In this document: positions 32,891 to 44,045 of the stretch, piece after piece
Position numbering within the stretch: the first letter of the stretch is position 1
Layout: each line of letters starts with the position of its first letter
DNA from: an uncultured Thermoleophilaceae bacterium
GTDB taxonomy: Bacteria > Actinomycetota > Thermoleophilia > Solirubrobacterales > Thermoleophilaceae
Reading direction: 5' to 3'
NCBI GenBank assembly: GCA_963768465.1
Contig: CAVYIA010000014.1
Coordinates: 25,341 to 89,340, forward strand
Length of the DNA: 64,000 nt
The notes under the pieces: model-generated
Told to the model about the DNA's origin: nothing
The model's database searches: none
What the model saw: only the letters and a program-made list of their open reading frames with translations
Made by a program: the position numbers and the translations under genes

Positions 32891-33829
32891 ATGCCGCCGG
32901 ACGACGCGCCGCGCCCCGGCGAGGAGGAGCTGGCCGAGGAGCGGGCCGAGGCCGACGAGGCCGAGGCCGCACAGGCCGCCGAGGCCGACGCGCCGGAGGC
33001 CGCGGCGCCCGAGCAGGATGCGCCGGAGGCGGATGCGCCCGAGGCCGAGCCGGCCGACGAGGCGCCCGCTGAGCCGGAGGCCGAGGCCGACGAGCCGGCC
33101 GAGGCCGCCGCGGAGGACGAGGACGCGGCTCCCGAGGAGGACGCGGCCGACGAGCCGGACGACGCCGACGGGGAAACCCGAGGACAAGCCCTCCGGCTAG
33201 GCCCGGTCGCGCGCCGCCGTGGCGGGACAAAGGAGAAGAGCGCCGGCGGATCGCTCGTCGAGCTCGTCACGATCGTCGCCGTCGCGCTCGGGCTCGCGCT
33301 CGGCATCCAGGCCTTCCTGGTCAAGCCGTTCCGGATCCCGAGCGAGTCGATGGTCCCGACGCTCGAGATCGGCCAGCGCGTGCTCGTGGACCGGGTGAGC
33401 TTCCGCTTCAGCGATCCCGACCGCGGGGACATCGTCGTGTTCAAGCCGCCGGCGGGCGCCGACTCCAACGCGTGCGGCGTCGAGCATCCACCCGACTCGC
33501 GCCTGCCCGCGCCCGACGCCCGGCGCGCTCGGACACGAACTTCATCAAGCGCGTGGTGGCGCGTCGGCGGCGACCGCTGAAGGTGATCGACGGCGCGGTC
33601 TACATCAACGGAAAGCGCCAGAACGAGCCGTTCGCGCGCCTCGACTCGACGTGCGGGCTCTGCGACCTGCCCAAGGAGATCACGATCCCCAAGGGCTACT
33701 ACTTCATGATGGGCGACAACCGCGGCGAGACCGCGGACAGCCGCGAGTGGGGCCCGATCCCGAAGGAGCGCGATGATCGGCAAGGCCTTCGCGACGTACT
33801 GGCCGCCCAACCGCATCGGCACGCTCTAG
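32891..33829 (+). pseudogene. lepB: signal peptidase I with ~95-aa acidic low-complexity N-terminal extension; about five breaks
   Basis: TM LVELVTIVAVALGLALGI, then PFRIPSESMVPTL..GDIVVF..NFIKRVV..GDNRGE[S/T]ADSREWG..IGKAF. The box-D region reads RRRRP in one frame and GVGGDR in another. Confidence 0.8.
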
Positions 33830-33860
33830 CGGAAGCAGCCGGCTCGGCCGGCTGTGCACG

Positions 33861-34635
33861 ATGTCCAGGGCGACTTCCGCCGCGCGCCTGCCTATCATCG
33901 CCCGCAGCGTGGGGAGACCGGAAACCGCCGACAGCGAAGCAGGCCGACGCTCCGGGCCCGCCTCCGCTTCGCGGAAGGCCCGGGCGCGCAAGCGGCCGGG
34001 CACGGGGCAGGCGGCTGTTCGCCTTCGACCGCGAGCTCGGCTGCCGCTTCGTGGCCGGCGCGGACGAGGCGGGACGCGGCTCGCTGGCCGGCCCGCTCGT
34101 GGCCGCCGCGGTGCTCTTCGACCTCGAGCGCCTCACGCTCACCGACCGCCGCGCGCTCAGCCGCCTGAACGACTCGAAGCAGCACACCGCGGAGATGCGC
34201 GAGGAGCTCTACCCGCTCGTGCTGCGGGCCGCCGCGCGCTCGGTGATCGTCTCGCGCTGCGTGCGCGGCATCGACTCGCGCGGCCTGCACGTGACGAACC
34301 TGGACGCGCTGCGCACCGCCCTCCTCGGCGTGGCGCGCGAGGGCACCATCTGCCTGGTCGACGGCTTCGGCGTGCCCGAGTTCGGCTTCGAGCAGCGCGC
34401 CGTGGTGGACGGCGACTGCCGCAGCGCCGCGATCGCCGCGGCGTCGGTGCTCGCCAAGGTGAGCCGCGACCGGTTCATGCACAAGGCCGCTGAGCGCCAC
34501 CCGGGCTGGGACTTCGAGACCAACGTGGGCTACTCGACTCCCGAGCACCGTGCCGCGATCGCGGCGAACGGCGTCTCGCCGCTCCACCGCATGTCGTTCC
34601 AGTCGATCGCCTACACGCAGCTCGCGCTCGGCTAG
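33861..34635 (+). pseudogene. rnhB: ribonuclease HII; one +1 break (~34005); start uncertain
   Basis: VAGADEAGRGSLAGPLVAAAV..LNDSKQ..DGDCRSAAIAAASVLAKV. No in-frame start exists for the main frame, so ATG 33861 plus a shift was used. Confidence 0.75.
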
Positions 34636-34685
34636 ACGCATCGGTGCGCAGCCGGCGCGCCGGCCGCTTGGGCTAGCGCGGCCAT

Positions 34686-35073
34686 CTAGAACGCCTCCTC
34701 GACGTGCTCGAGCGCCAGCAGCGCGCCGGCGGGGTCGAGGGTGATGCCGATCGCGTCGAAGCGGAGCTCGGGCGGGTACGGGCGCGCCGTCCACGCGCTC
34801 GGCGAGCCACTCGCGGGCCATCCGCCGAAGACGGCGCCGCTTGCGCCAGTCGACCGACGCGAGCGGGTCGAGCGGGCGCGGCCCCGCCCGCGCGACGCGC
34901 GCCTTGACCTCGCAGAACACGAGGTAGCGGTCGTCCGCCGCGACCAGGTCGAGCTCGCCGTGGCGGGTGCGGAAGTTCCTGTCGAGCAGCTCGAACCCGC
35001 GCGCCTCGAGGTGGGCGGCGGCGAGCCGCTCGCCGGCGGCGCCGAGCCTTCTGCGGGGGTCCTCGCGGGTCAT
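34686..35073 (-). pseudogene. yraN: YraN family (UPF0102) endonuclease-like protein; one break (~34785); opposite strand to its neighbours
   Basis: GERLAAAHLEARGFELLDRNFRTRHGELDLVA..LVFCEVKAR. The C-terminus RFDAIGITLDP..LEHVEEAF is in the second frame. Confidence 0.8.
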
Positions 35074-35111
35074 GCGGCGAAGCTATGGGCGCCCGGCTGA
35101 CGCGTGTGCGC

Positions 35112-35197
35112 CGTGGGTGACAACTCGGTGACGATGCGCGGGCAGCGGCTCGGCGGAACGCAATCGTTCGTTGGCCGTCGCGGAGTTGTCACACACG
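35112..35197. repeat. 15-nt inverted repeat (14/15) with 56-nt spacer in the yraN/comM divergent intergenic region
   Basis: cgtgggtgacaactc (35112-35126) versus gagttgtcacacacg (35183-35197). The spacer has a nested acgatgcg/cgcaatcgt pairing. Confidence 0.5.
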
Positions 35198-35237
35198 CGT
35201 GCCCACGCGTGCGCCTCGCCCGCCTAGCTTGCCCGGC

Positions 35238-36759
35238 GTGCTCGCCAGCGTCTCGACCTTCGCCCTCGAGGGGGTCCGCAGCCACCAGGTCACCGTCGAG
35301 GTGGACGTACGCCGCGGGCTGCCGGCGTTCACGCTCGTGGGCCTGCCCGACCGCGCGGTCAGGGAGTCGCGCGAGCGCGTGCGCGCGGCGGTCCAGAACT
35401 CGGGCCTCGAGTTCCCGCTGATGCGCATCACGGTCAACCTCGCGCCCGCGCACGTGCGCAAGGCGGGCCCGGGCTTCGACCTCGCGATCGCCGTCGGGCT
35501 GCTCGCCGCCAGCCGGCAGGTGCCGCCCGAGGCGCTCGAGGGCAGCGCGCTCTGCGGAGAGCTGTCGCTCAGCGGCGAGCTCCGCGGCCGTCCGCGGAGC
35601 GCTGGCCGCGGCGCTGGGGGCGCGGGAGGCGCGCTACGAGCGGCTGATCGTCCCTCCCGGGAACGCCGGGGAGGCCGCGCTCGTGAGCGGGATCGAGGTG
35701 ATCGGCGCCCCGACGCTCGACGGGATCGCCCGCCTGCTGCGCGGCGAGGAGGAGGCTCGGCCGGCCGCGCCGGACCCCGAGGCCCACGGACGCGCCCGAC
35801 GGCGGGCCCGACCTCGTCGACGTGCGCGGCCAGGCGGACGCGAAGCGGGCGCTCGAGATCGCCGCGGCCGGCGGCCACAACCTGCTGATGGTCGGGCCGC
35901 CGGGCGTGGGGAAGACCATGCTCGCGCGCCGGCTGCCGGGGCTGCTGCCTCCGCCCGGCCTGCGACGAGGCGCTCGAGATCACCCAGATGCACAGCGCCG
36001 CGGGGCTGGCCGCGGGGCGGCTCATCCGCGAGCGGCCGTTCCGGGCGCCGCACCACACGATCTCGGCGCAGGGTCTCGTCGGCGGCGGATCGGTTCCGCG
36101 GCCGGGCGAGATCACCCTGGCCCACCGCGGCGTGCTGTTCCTCGACGAGCTGGCCGAGTTCGCGCGGGTCGCGCTCGACGCGCTGCGCCAGCCGCTCGAG
36201 GAGGGCCGCGTCGAGATCATGCGCGGGCAGCGAACGCTCGAGTTCCCGGCCAACGCGATCCTCGTGGCCGCGTGCAACCGCTGCCCGTGCGGCCGCTCGG
36301 CGGATCGCTGCCGCTGCGCCGCCGGCGAACGCGACCGCTACCTGCGCCGGCTGAGCGGGCCGCTGCTCGACCGATTCGACCTCGTGTGCGAGGTGCACCC
36401 CGTGCCCCCTGTGGAGCTGGTGGCCGACGACGTCCGCGGCCCGTCGAGCGCCGCCACGCGCGAGCGGGTGGCTGGAGCGCGCGAGCGCCAGCGGCGCCGG
36501 CTGCGCGGCTCCGGCGCGCTCTGCAACGGCGACATGGACGGCCGGCTCACGCGCCGGAGCGTGCGCCTCGACGCCGACAGCGCCGCCGGGCTCGTGGGCG
36601 CCCGCGAGCGCACGGGACTCAGCGGGCGCGGACACGACCGGGTGCTGCGCGTCGCGCGGACGATCGCGGACCTCGCCGATCGCGAGCGACGTCGTCTCGG
36701 GAGACGTCGAGGAGGCGCTCTCGTATCGCTTCGACGGCTGGGAGCGGCTGGCGGCGTGA
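35238..36759 (+). pseudogene. comM: Mg-chelatase-like ATPase ComM/YifB; four +1 breaks
   Basis: GTG 35238. [75 protein letters not shown]. Confidence 0.85.
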
Positions 36760-37857
36760 GCGCGTGCGACGTGTGCCTGCGGCGCTCACGGCTGGTGGCC
36801 CTGCTCGCGCCGCGGATCACCGGGCTGCTCGGGAGGGGCGGGCGCGCGCAGGGGCTGCTGGGGCTGCGCGACGAGGACTTGATCGAGGCCGCCGGGGGCC
36901 GCGGCAAGGAGCTGGTGCGCGAGCGCCTCGCGCGCTTCGACGCATCCGCCGAGCGGGCGCGCGCTCGACGAGGCGGGGGTGTTCGCGGCCTGCCGGCACG
37001 GACACCGATACCCGCAGGCAGCTGCTCGAGCTTCCGGACCCACCCGCGGCCCTCTTCGGCGTCGGCCGTCCGGAGTTGCTCACGGCCTGCGGGAGCACGC
37101 CCGCGGTGGCGATCGTCGGGACCAGGCGGCCCGTCGCCATACGGGACCGAGGTCGCGTACGCGCTCGGACGCGGTCTCGGCGCGGCCGGGGTCCCGGTCG
37201 TGAGCGGGCTGGCGCTGGGCATCGACGCCACGTCGCACCGCGGCTGCCTCGACGGGGGCGGCGCGCCGCTGGCCGTGCTGGCGTGCGGTCCGGAGCGGGC
37301 CTATCCCCGCAGGCACCGGCGCCTGCACGAGCAGGTGGCCGAGCGCGGCCTCGTGGTGTCCGAGCTGCCGCCGGGGACCGCCGCGCAGCGCTGGAGCTTC
37401 CCGGCCCGCAACCGGATCATGGCCGGGCTGGCGCGAATGACGCTCGTCGTCGAGGCGGCGGATCCCAGCGGCAGCCTGATCACCGCCGAGTTCGCGCGCG
37501 ACCTGGGCAGGGCGGTGGCCGCCGTTCCCGGGCGCGTGACGGCGCGGATGGCCGAGGGCACGAACGGCCTGCTGCGCGACGGCGCCGTGCCGGTCACCTC
37601 GATCGAGGACGTGCTCGACGAGCTCTACGGGGTCGGCATGCGTCCGCCGCCCGCGCTGGAGCTGCGCCGCGGGCCGCCGGCCGATCCGGGCCTGCGCGCC
37701 GTGCTCGACGCGGTCGAGGCCGGGCTCGGGCGTCGACGGGATCGTCGCCCGCACCGGGGCCACGGCGTCCGAGGTCCGCGTGGCACTCGGTCGACTCGAG
37801 GCCGACGGACACGTGGTCCGCGGCGTCCTCGGCGGCTGGGAGCGAGCCGCCATGTGA
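36756..37857 (+). pseudogene. dprA: DNA-processing protein DprA; four +1 breaks
   Basis: GTGA overlap with comM. AIVGTRRP / [43 protein letters not shown]. Winged-helix C-terminus. Confidence 0.85.
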
Positions 37858-37895
37858 GCGCGCGTCGACATCAGGGGAACGCGCGGACGGCGCAT

Positions 37896-38750
37896 ATGCT
37901 CGGCGCCATGGTGCCCGACGCCAAGACGCCCCCGCGGCTGCTCTCGATCGCCGGCTCGGACTCGGGCGGCGGCGCCGGCATCCAGGCCGACCTGAAGGCG
38001 TTCGCCGCCTGTGGGGCGCACGGGATGACGGCGATCACCGCGATCACCGCCCAGAACACGGAGCGCGTGAGCGCCGTGTATCCGCTCCCGCCGGAGGCGA
38101 TCGTCGAGCAGGTCCGGGCTGTGGTCGAGGACATCGGCGTCGACGCGGTGAAGATCGGGATGGTCGGGAACGCCGCGGCGATCGAGGCCGTGGTCGAGGC
38201 GCTCGGCCTCCTGCCCGCGGACGTGCCGGTCGTGCTCGACCCGGTGATGGTCGCCGAGAGCGGCGGGCGCCTGCTCGAGCCCGACGCCGAGCGCTCGCTG
38301 CGCGAGCGGCTGGTCCCGCGAGCCACCGTCGTCACGCCGAACCTCATGGAGGCTGCGGCGCTGGCCGGGCTGGGCGCCGACGACCGACGCCGGGCGAGCT
38401 CGCGCGGGCGGTGCACGCGCTGGGGCCGCGGATGGTCGTGGTGACCGGCGGGCACCGCGCGGCCGGCGGGGACCTCTTCTACGACGGCGAGCGGCTCGTG
38501 GAGATCCCGGGCGAGCGCCATCCCGACGGCGCCGCGCACGGGTCGGGCTGCACGCACTCGTCCGTGCTCGCGGCGCAGCTCGCGCTCGGCGCCGAGCCGC
38601 TCGAGGCGGCCCGCCGCGCCCACGAGATGGCCGCCGCCGCGGTGGCCGCCGGGCTGCGCGGGATCGGCCACGGGCCCGGGCCCGGTCGACGTGCTCGGCG
38701 GCGCGGCGGCGACCCGGCCGCGACGAGCAGCCTTCGCGCGGGTGACATAA
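37896..38750 (+). pseudogene. thiD: hydroxymethylpyrimidine/phosphomethylpyrimidine kinase; two breaks (~38385 -1, ~38685 +1)
   Basis: [61 protein letters not shown]. Confidence 0.85.
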
Positions 38751-38830
38751 TCGCTCGACCGTTGCGCGCGCACGCGCGGCGGCCGCCAACCACGCCACCT
38801 TCGACTGGAGCCGAGATCAGATTCCTCCGC

Positions 38831-39064
38831 ATGAAGCCGGGTCACGGCGAGGTCCTTCTCGCCGAGGGCGACCCGCGCCTGCGCGAGGACGAGGAGCGGC
38901 TCGTGGAGGAGTTTCGCCGGCAGCTCGACGAGGGCATGTGGGCCGCCGTGCCCACCACCTCGCCCGGCAGCGGCCGCCGCGAGGCGCGGATGGTGAAGGA
39001 CTACAGCGACATCCCCGACGGCGCCGACCGGGTCATCTTCTTCCCGCGCGCGTCGGGCGGCTGA
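38831..39064 (+). CDS. 77-aa hypothetical protein ending in a MoaD/ThiS-like ..FFPRASGG diglycine tail
   Basis: Intact ORF with high GC3. C-terminus [17 protein letters not shown] followed by a stop. No clear SD. Confidence 0.5.
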   Translation: MKPGHGEVLLAEGDPRLREDEERLVEEFRRQLDEGMWAAVPTTSPGSGRREARMVKDYSDIPDGADRVIFFPRASGG

Positions 39065-39074
39065 CGGGGCGCCG

Positions 39075-39687
39075 GTGCTGCTCGCGCTGCTGGTCCTCGC
39101 GCTGGTGGCCGCGACGCTGCTCGCGCCGATCGTCGCTGCCCGCGATCGCGCGCCGGCGCGAGCGGCGTGCGCTCGCGCGCGGCGAGACCCCGGACCCGGT
39201 GGACCTGACGCTCTACGACCCGGGCCGCGAGCGCCGCGCCGAGATGCGTGCCCGCGAGCTGCTGCGCTCGTGCGTGAACGACGAGGAATGGGGGATGTAC
39301 CGCGACCTCGGCTTCATCCGCGTGGTCGGGCGCCACACCCGCCGCGACACCGATCGCGAGGGCCGCGCCGCCTACGCCTACCTCGTGTACCCCCACAAGC
39401 CGATCGTGGCCTACCTGCCGTCCACCGGCCGGCTGCTGAGCGAGTACTGCGTCGAGTTCCCGGACCTGAGCGACGACGGCGGCCCCTCGCGGCTGCCCGC
39501 CTCGGACGACGTCCTCGCCAAGTGGATGGCGCTCACCTCGAACGAGGACCGCGTCATCCGCAGAGCCAACATGCACCTCGTCGGCCGCCAGCTCGACCCC
39601 GTGCGCGTGCGGCGCGACCTATGGCGCCTCGCCGAGTGGGAGCGGCGCCGCCAGCGCCGCGGCGAGCTGTCCTCCGGCACCCAGTGA
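39075..39687 (+). pseudogene. hypothetical protein with N-terminal TM anchor; one +1 break (~39140)
   Basis: VLLALLVLALVAATLLAPIVAA, then ..DEEWGMYRDLGFIRVVG..YAYLVYPHKPIVAYLP..DDVLAKWMAL. No family recognised. Confidence 0.5.
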
Positions 39688-41396
39688 GCGGCGGCATGGG
39701 CGGGAACGGCGACCTGCGCGCCCGCAGCCGGGTGATCCTCGACGGGCCCGACCGGGCCCAGGCACGCGCCTATCTGAAGGGCGTCGGCTTCGACGACGAC
39801 GCGCTCTCGCGCCCGATCGTCGGCATCGCGAACACCTGGACCGAGACGATGCCCTGCAACTTCCACCTCCGGCGGCTCGCCGAGAAGGTCAAGGAGGGCG
39901 TCCGCGAGGCCGGCGGCACGCCGATGGAGTTCAACACCGTCGCGATCTCGGACGGGATCACCATGGGCACCGAGGGGATGCGCGCCTCGCTGGTGAGCCG
40001 CGAGGTGATCGCGGACTCGATCGAGCTCGTGGCCCGCGGCCACATGTTCGACGCGGTGATCGCGCTCTCCGGCTGCGACAAGACGATCCCCGGCTGCGTG
40101 ATGGCGCTCGCGCGCCTCGACGTGCCGAGCCTGATGCTCTACGGCGGCTCGATCGCGCCGGGACGCTGGCGCGGCAAGGACGTGACGATCCAGGACGTGT
40201 TCGAGGGCATCGGCGCCCACGCGGCGGGCGACCTGACCGACGACGAGCTGACCGACCTCGAGAACCACGCCTCGCCCGGCGCCGGCGCCTGCGGCGGCCA
40301 GTTCACCGCGAACACCATGGCGATGGCCTTCGAGGTGCTCGGCATCTCGCCGGCCGGCAGCTCGATGGTTCCGGCCGAGGACGGCAAGAAGGGCGCCGTG
40401 GCCGCGGAGTGCGGGCGGCTCGTGATGGACGTGCTCGCCCGCGACCTGCGCCCGAGCAGCGTGATCACGCGCGACTCGCTCGAGAACGCGATCGCGGCCG
40501 GCGCCATGTCGGGCGGCTCCACGAACCTCGTCCTGCACCTCCTCGCCGTCGCGCACGAGGCGGGCGTGCCGCTCGCCCTCGAGGACTTCGACCGCATCGC
40601 CTGGGGCACCCCGCTCCTGGCCGACCTCAAGCCGGGCGGCCGCTTCGTGGCCACCGACCTCTACCGCGCCGGCGGCGTGCCGCTCGTGATCAAGCGGCTG
40701 AAGGAGGCGGGCCTGCTCCACGAGGACGCGATCACGGTGACGGGGCAGACGCTCGGCGAGATCGCGGACAGCGCGGAGGAGACGGAGGGCCAGGAGGTGA
40801 TCCGGCCCGTGTCGGACCCGATCAAGCCGAACGGCGGCTTCGCGATCCTGCGCGGCAACCTCGCCCCGGAGGGCTGCGTGGTGAAGCTCTCGGGCCACGA
40901 CCGCATGGAGCACTCGCGGCCCCGCGCGCGTGTTCGAGCGCGAGGAGGACGCCTTCGCGGCCGTGATCGCCAAGTCGATCGAGCCCGGCGACGTGGTCGT
41001 GATCCGCAACGAGGGCCCGGCCGGCGGCCCCGGCATGCGCGAGATGCTGCACGTGACGGCCGCGCTCGTGGGCGAGGGCCTCGGCGACTCGGTCGCCCTG
41101 CTCACCGACGGCCGCTTCTCAGGGGCCACGCACGGCTTCATGGCGGGCCACGTGGCGCCCGAGGCGCGCCGCGGCGGGCCGATCGCCGCCGTCCGCGACG
41201 GCGACACGATCACCTTCGACGTGGCCGCCCGGGAGCTGAACGTGGACCTCTCGGACGACGAGATCGCCGAGCGGGTCGAGGCCTACGGCAGCCGGCCACG
41301 CGCTACGAGAACGGCGTGCTCGGCAAGTACGCGCGCCACGTGGAGTCGGCGGCGCTCGGCGCCGTCACGACTGACTACGGCTCCAGAAGTCCTTGA
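39684..41396 (+). pseudogene. ilvD: dihydroxy-acid dehydratase; two breaks (~40920 +1, ~41290 -1); 3' end may be ~41370
   Basis: [62 protein letters not shown]. Confidence 0.9.
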
Positions 41397-41757
41397 TGAT
41401 CTCGCCGTCGCCGCCGTGGTGGGGGCCGAAGGCGAGGATCTCGAGCCCCTCGTCGCCCGCCTCGAGGGCGCGCGTGACCTTGGGCGCGATGCGGATGGCG
41501 TCCATCGGCTCGATGTCGAGGATCTCGTCGTCGAGCTTCAGGCGGCCGCTGCCCGAGAGCACGACGTAGATCTCCTCGGCCTCGTCGTGGCGGTGGGCGA
41601 AGGGCTGCTTCTTGCCGGGCCTCAGGACGATGTAGGCGAGGCCGGTGCTCTCGGCCGCGAGGTCCTCGCGGGGGAAGCGGGCCTCCTGCGTCTCGGAGTA
41701 GCCGTGCTTGGCGGCCGAGTCCTCGACCTCGTTCAGGTTCTTGATCGTGTAGCTCAC
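41365..41757 (-). CDS. cupin domain protein
   Basis: GTG 41757. [27 protein letters not shown] is a cupin motif. Intact. Confidence 0.75.
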   Translation of the reverse strand: MSYTIKNLNEVEDSAAKHGYSETQEARFPREDLAAESTGLAYIVLRPGKKQPFAHRHDEAEEIYVVLSGSGRLKLDDEILDIEPMDAIRIAPKVTRALEAGDEGLEILAFGPHHGGDGEIIKDFWSRSQS

Positions 41758-41783
41758 GCCCGGGACCCTACCCGGGGCCGGGC

Positions 41784-42794
41784 TCAGGCCACCTGCGTGG
41801 CGCCGGGCGCGGCCTCGAGCGCCTCGGCGGGACCGGTCTCGGCCAGGAAGCTCCATCAGCATGTCGTTGAACGCCGCGGGCCGCTCGAGCATCGGCACGT
41901 GGCCCGTGTCGCGCATCAGCGTCTTGCGCGCGTCGGGGATCAGGCGCTCGAACTCGTCGGCGTCGCCGGCCGGCAGGATCGCGTCGTTCTCGCCCCAGAC
42001 GACCAGCGTGGGGCAGGCGATCTCGGGCAGCCGCTCGCGGAAGTCGTAGTCGAGGCAGGCGCGCAGGGCGTCGTCGAAGCCGGGCTTGCCGGCGCCCTTG
42101 ATCATCGCCTCGTAGGCGAGGTCGGGGGCCAGCCGGCTCGGGTGCCGCGCCACGAGGCCGAGCGCCAGGTGCCGCGAGATCGGCCGCCGCGCGAGCTGGC
42201 GGTGGCGGGCGGCGGTGTAGCCCGATGACCATCGTGGCCGCCCGGCGCGAGCGCGAGACCGGGCCCGCGGTAGAGGTCGCTGGTGGTGATGCCGGCGGCC
42301 GACACGAGCATCAGCCGCTCGACCCGCTCCGGGTGGCGGATCGCGAGCTCGGCGCCGACGAAGCCGCCCATCGAGTTGCCGACCACGCGCGACGGGCCCG
42401 AGCGCCGAGGTCGTGGCAGGCGGCCTCCACCACCTCGGCGAACATCGGGATCGAGATCTGCTCGGCGCGGCATGGGGGAGAGCCCGAAGCCGGGCAGGTC
42501 GAGCGCGACCGTCCGCCGCTCGAGCGCGGCCCGCGGGATGTTCTCGATCCAGTTCTGCCACTGGCCGCCGAGGCCGTGGATGAACACCACGGGCGTGCGG
42601 TCGTGCGCGGCCGGGTCCTCGGGGATCAGGTCGATGTAGTTGATCTCCGTGCCGCCGAACGGGTGCGTGCGCAGGAGCGCCGTCCAGTCCACGTTCCGCC
42701 AGCTCGGCTCGGCCGTCTGTCCGTAGTCGTCGCCGGCGCTGCGGGCCCGGCGCGGCGAGGCGGGCACGGCGTGGGAGGCGAAGACTCGGGGCAT
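41784..42794 (-). pseudogene. alpha/beta hydrolase; about five or six breaks
   Basis: VVFIHGLGGQWQNW..LDLPGFG..VVGNSMGGFVG (nucleophile elbow)..[25 protein letters not shown]. Confidence 0.75.
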
Positions 42795-42814
42795 CTGCCT
42801 ACTGTAATGCCCGC

Positions 42815-43380
42815 ATGGCCCGCATTGCGCTCGACATCGACTCGACATTGCACCCGTATTGGGACCTGCTCCAGCGCATCGCCAAGGAGCGCTACGGGGT
42901 GGATCTCCCCTACGAGGACCAGCGCGACTGGGGCATAACGGCGCTCGAGCGCGACGCCGTCGTGCACTGCATCGAGGAGACCCACTCGGACGAGAACATC
43001 GTGGCGAGCGAGCCCTATCCGGACGCCGTGGAGACCGTGCGCGACTGGCACGAGCAGGGGCACTGGATCCACGTGACGAGCCACCGCCGCACGTCACACG
43101 CGCGCGGCCACCGAGCGCTGGCTCGAGAAGATCGGGATGCCCTACGACGACCTGCACTGCTCCTTCGACAAGGTGACCCGCTGCAGCGAGCTCGGGATCG
43201 ACGTGCTCGTGGACGACAGCCCGGTCAACATCGTCCGCGCGCGCGATGCGGGGATCGTGCCGGCCACCATCGTCCATCCGTGGAACGCCGACCTGGTCGA
43301 GCGCGACGGCGTGATCGGCGCCCCCGACTGGCCCGGGCTGCGGCGCGAAGCTCGACCCCGTCCTCGAGCGGATCGGATGA
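42815..43380 (+). pseudogene. HAD-superfamily 5'(3')-nucleotidase-like protein; two +1 breaks
   Basis: MARIALDIDSTL (DxDxT)..HVTSHR..WLEKIGMPYDDLH..VLVDDSP. Confidence 0.6.
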
Positions 43381-44032
43381 GCCCGGTGGCGCTGCCCGAC
43401 GGTCTCCGCGACAGGGCCCCGAGCGGCTGCGGCGCAGTCGCGGGCTGCGCCAGCTCGGGCTCCGGACCGGGCTCGTGGCCCCGCGGACCACGCACTCGCC
43501 GGCCGAGTCGGGCCTGCTCCACCGGCTGGCGGCCGGGCGGCGCCGCGCCGTGGAGATCGGCGTGCGCGAGGGCGCGGCGTCGCTCGTGCTCGTGGCCGGC
43601 CTGCCCCAGGGGGCCGACCTCCACCTGGTGGACCCGTTCGGCGGCGGCAGCGAGTGGTGGGAGCCGGCGGACGCATCGCCGTGAAGGCCGTGGTCGGGCG
43701 GGCGGCCAAGCGCCGCGGCGGCCCGCGCCTCCACTGGCACGTGGCCGGCTCGCGGGACGTGGCCGCGGAGTGGGGGCACGCCGGTGGACCTCCTGGTCAT
43801 CGACGGCGACCACGCGCGCTCGGCCTGCCGGGCCGACTGGGACCTCTGGAGCCCGCACGTCCGCGGCGGCGGGGTCGTGGCCTTCCACGGAGCCCGCGGG
43901 GGCGATCCCGGGCCCACGGCCGTGGTCACGGAGCTGTTCGGGGCGGGCGACCCGCCGGGCTGGCGGGTGCTGGCCGAGCGCGACACGATCGTCGCGGTCG
44001 AGCGGCTCGCCGACGGCCGTAGCCCTCCCTGA
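43377..44032 (+). pseudogene. class I SAM-dependent methyltransferase (O-methyltransferase-3-like); three breaks
   Basis: AVEIGVREGAASLVL..LHLVDPF..VDLLVIDGDHARSA..GGVVAFHG. ATGA overlap with the previous gene. Confidence 0.6.
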
Positions 44033-44045
44033 CACAATCGGCGCC

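Noticed and set aside
32341-33580. ORFs 32341..33072 and 32432..33580 as real fused proteins
   Set aside because: They are read-throughs joining the trmD tail, the spacer, rplS and lepB in wrong or partly wrong frames. The family-like segments define separate genes.
35238-37857. comM-dprA as a competence or defence island
   Set aside because: Both genes are widely conserved housekeeping neighbours of rnhB, yraN and xerC in Actinobacteria, and no accessory genes accompany them.
37858-37895. TPP riboswitch upstream of thiD
   Set aside because: The gap after dprA is only 38 nt, and there is no CUGAGA or ACCUGA-type box.
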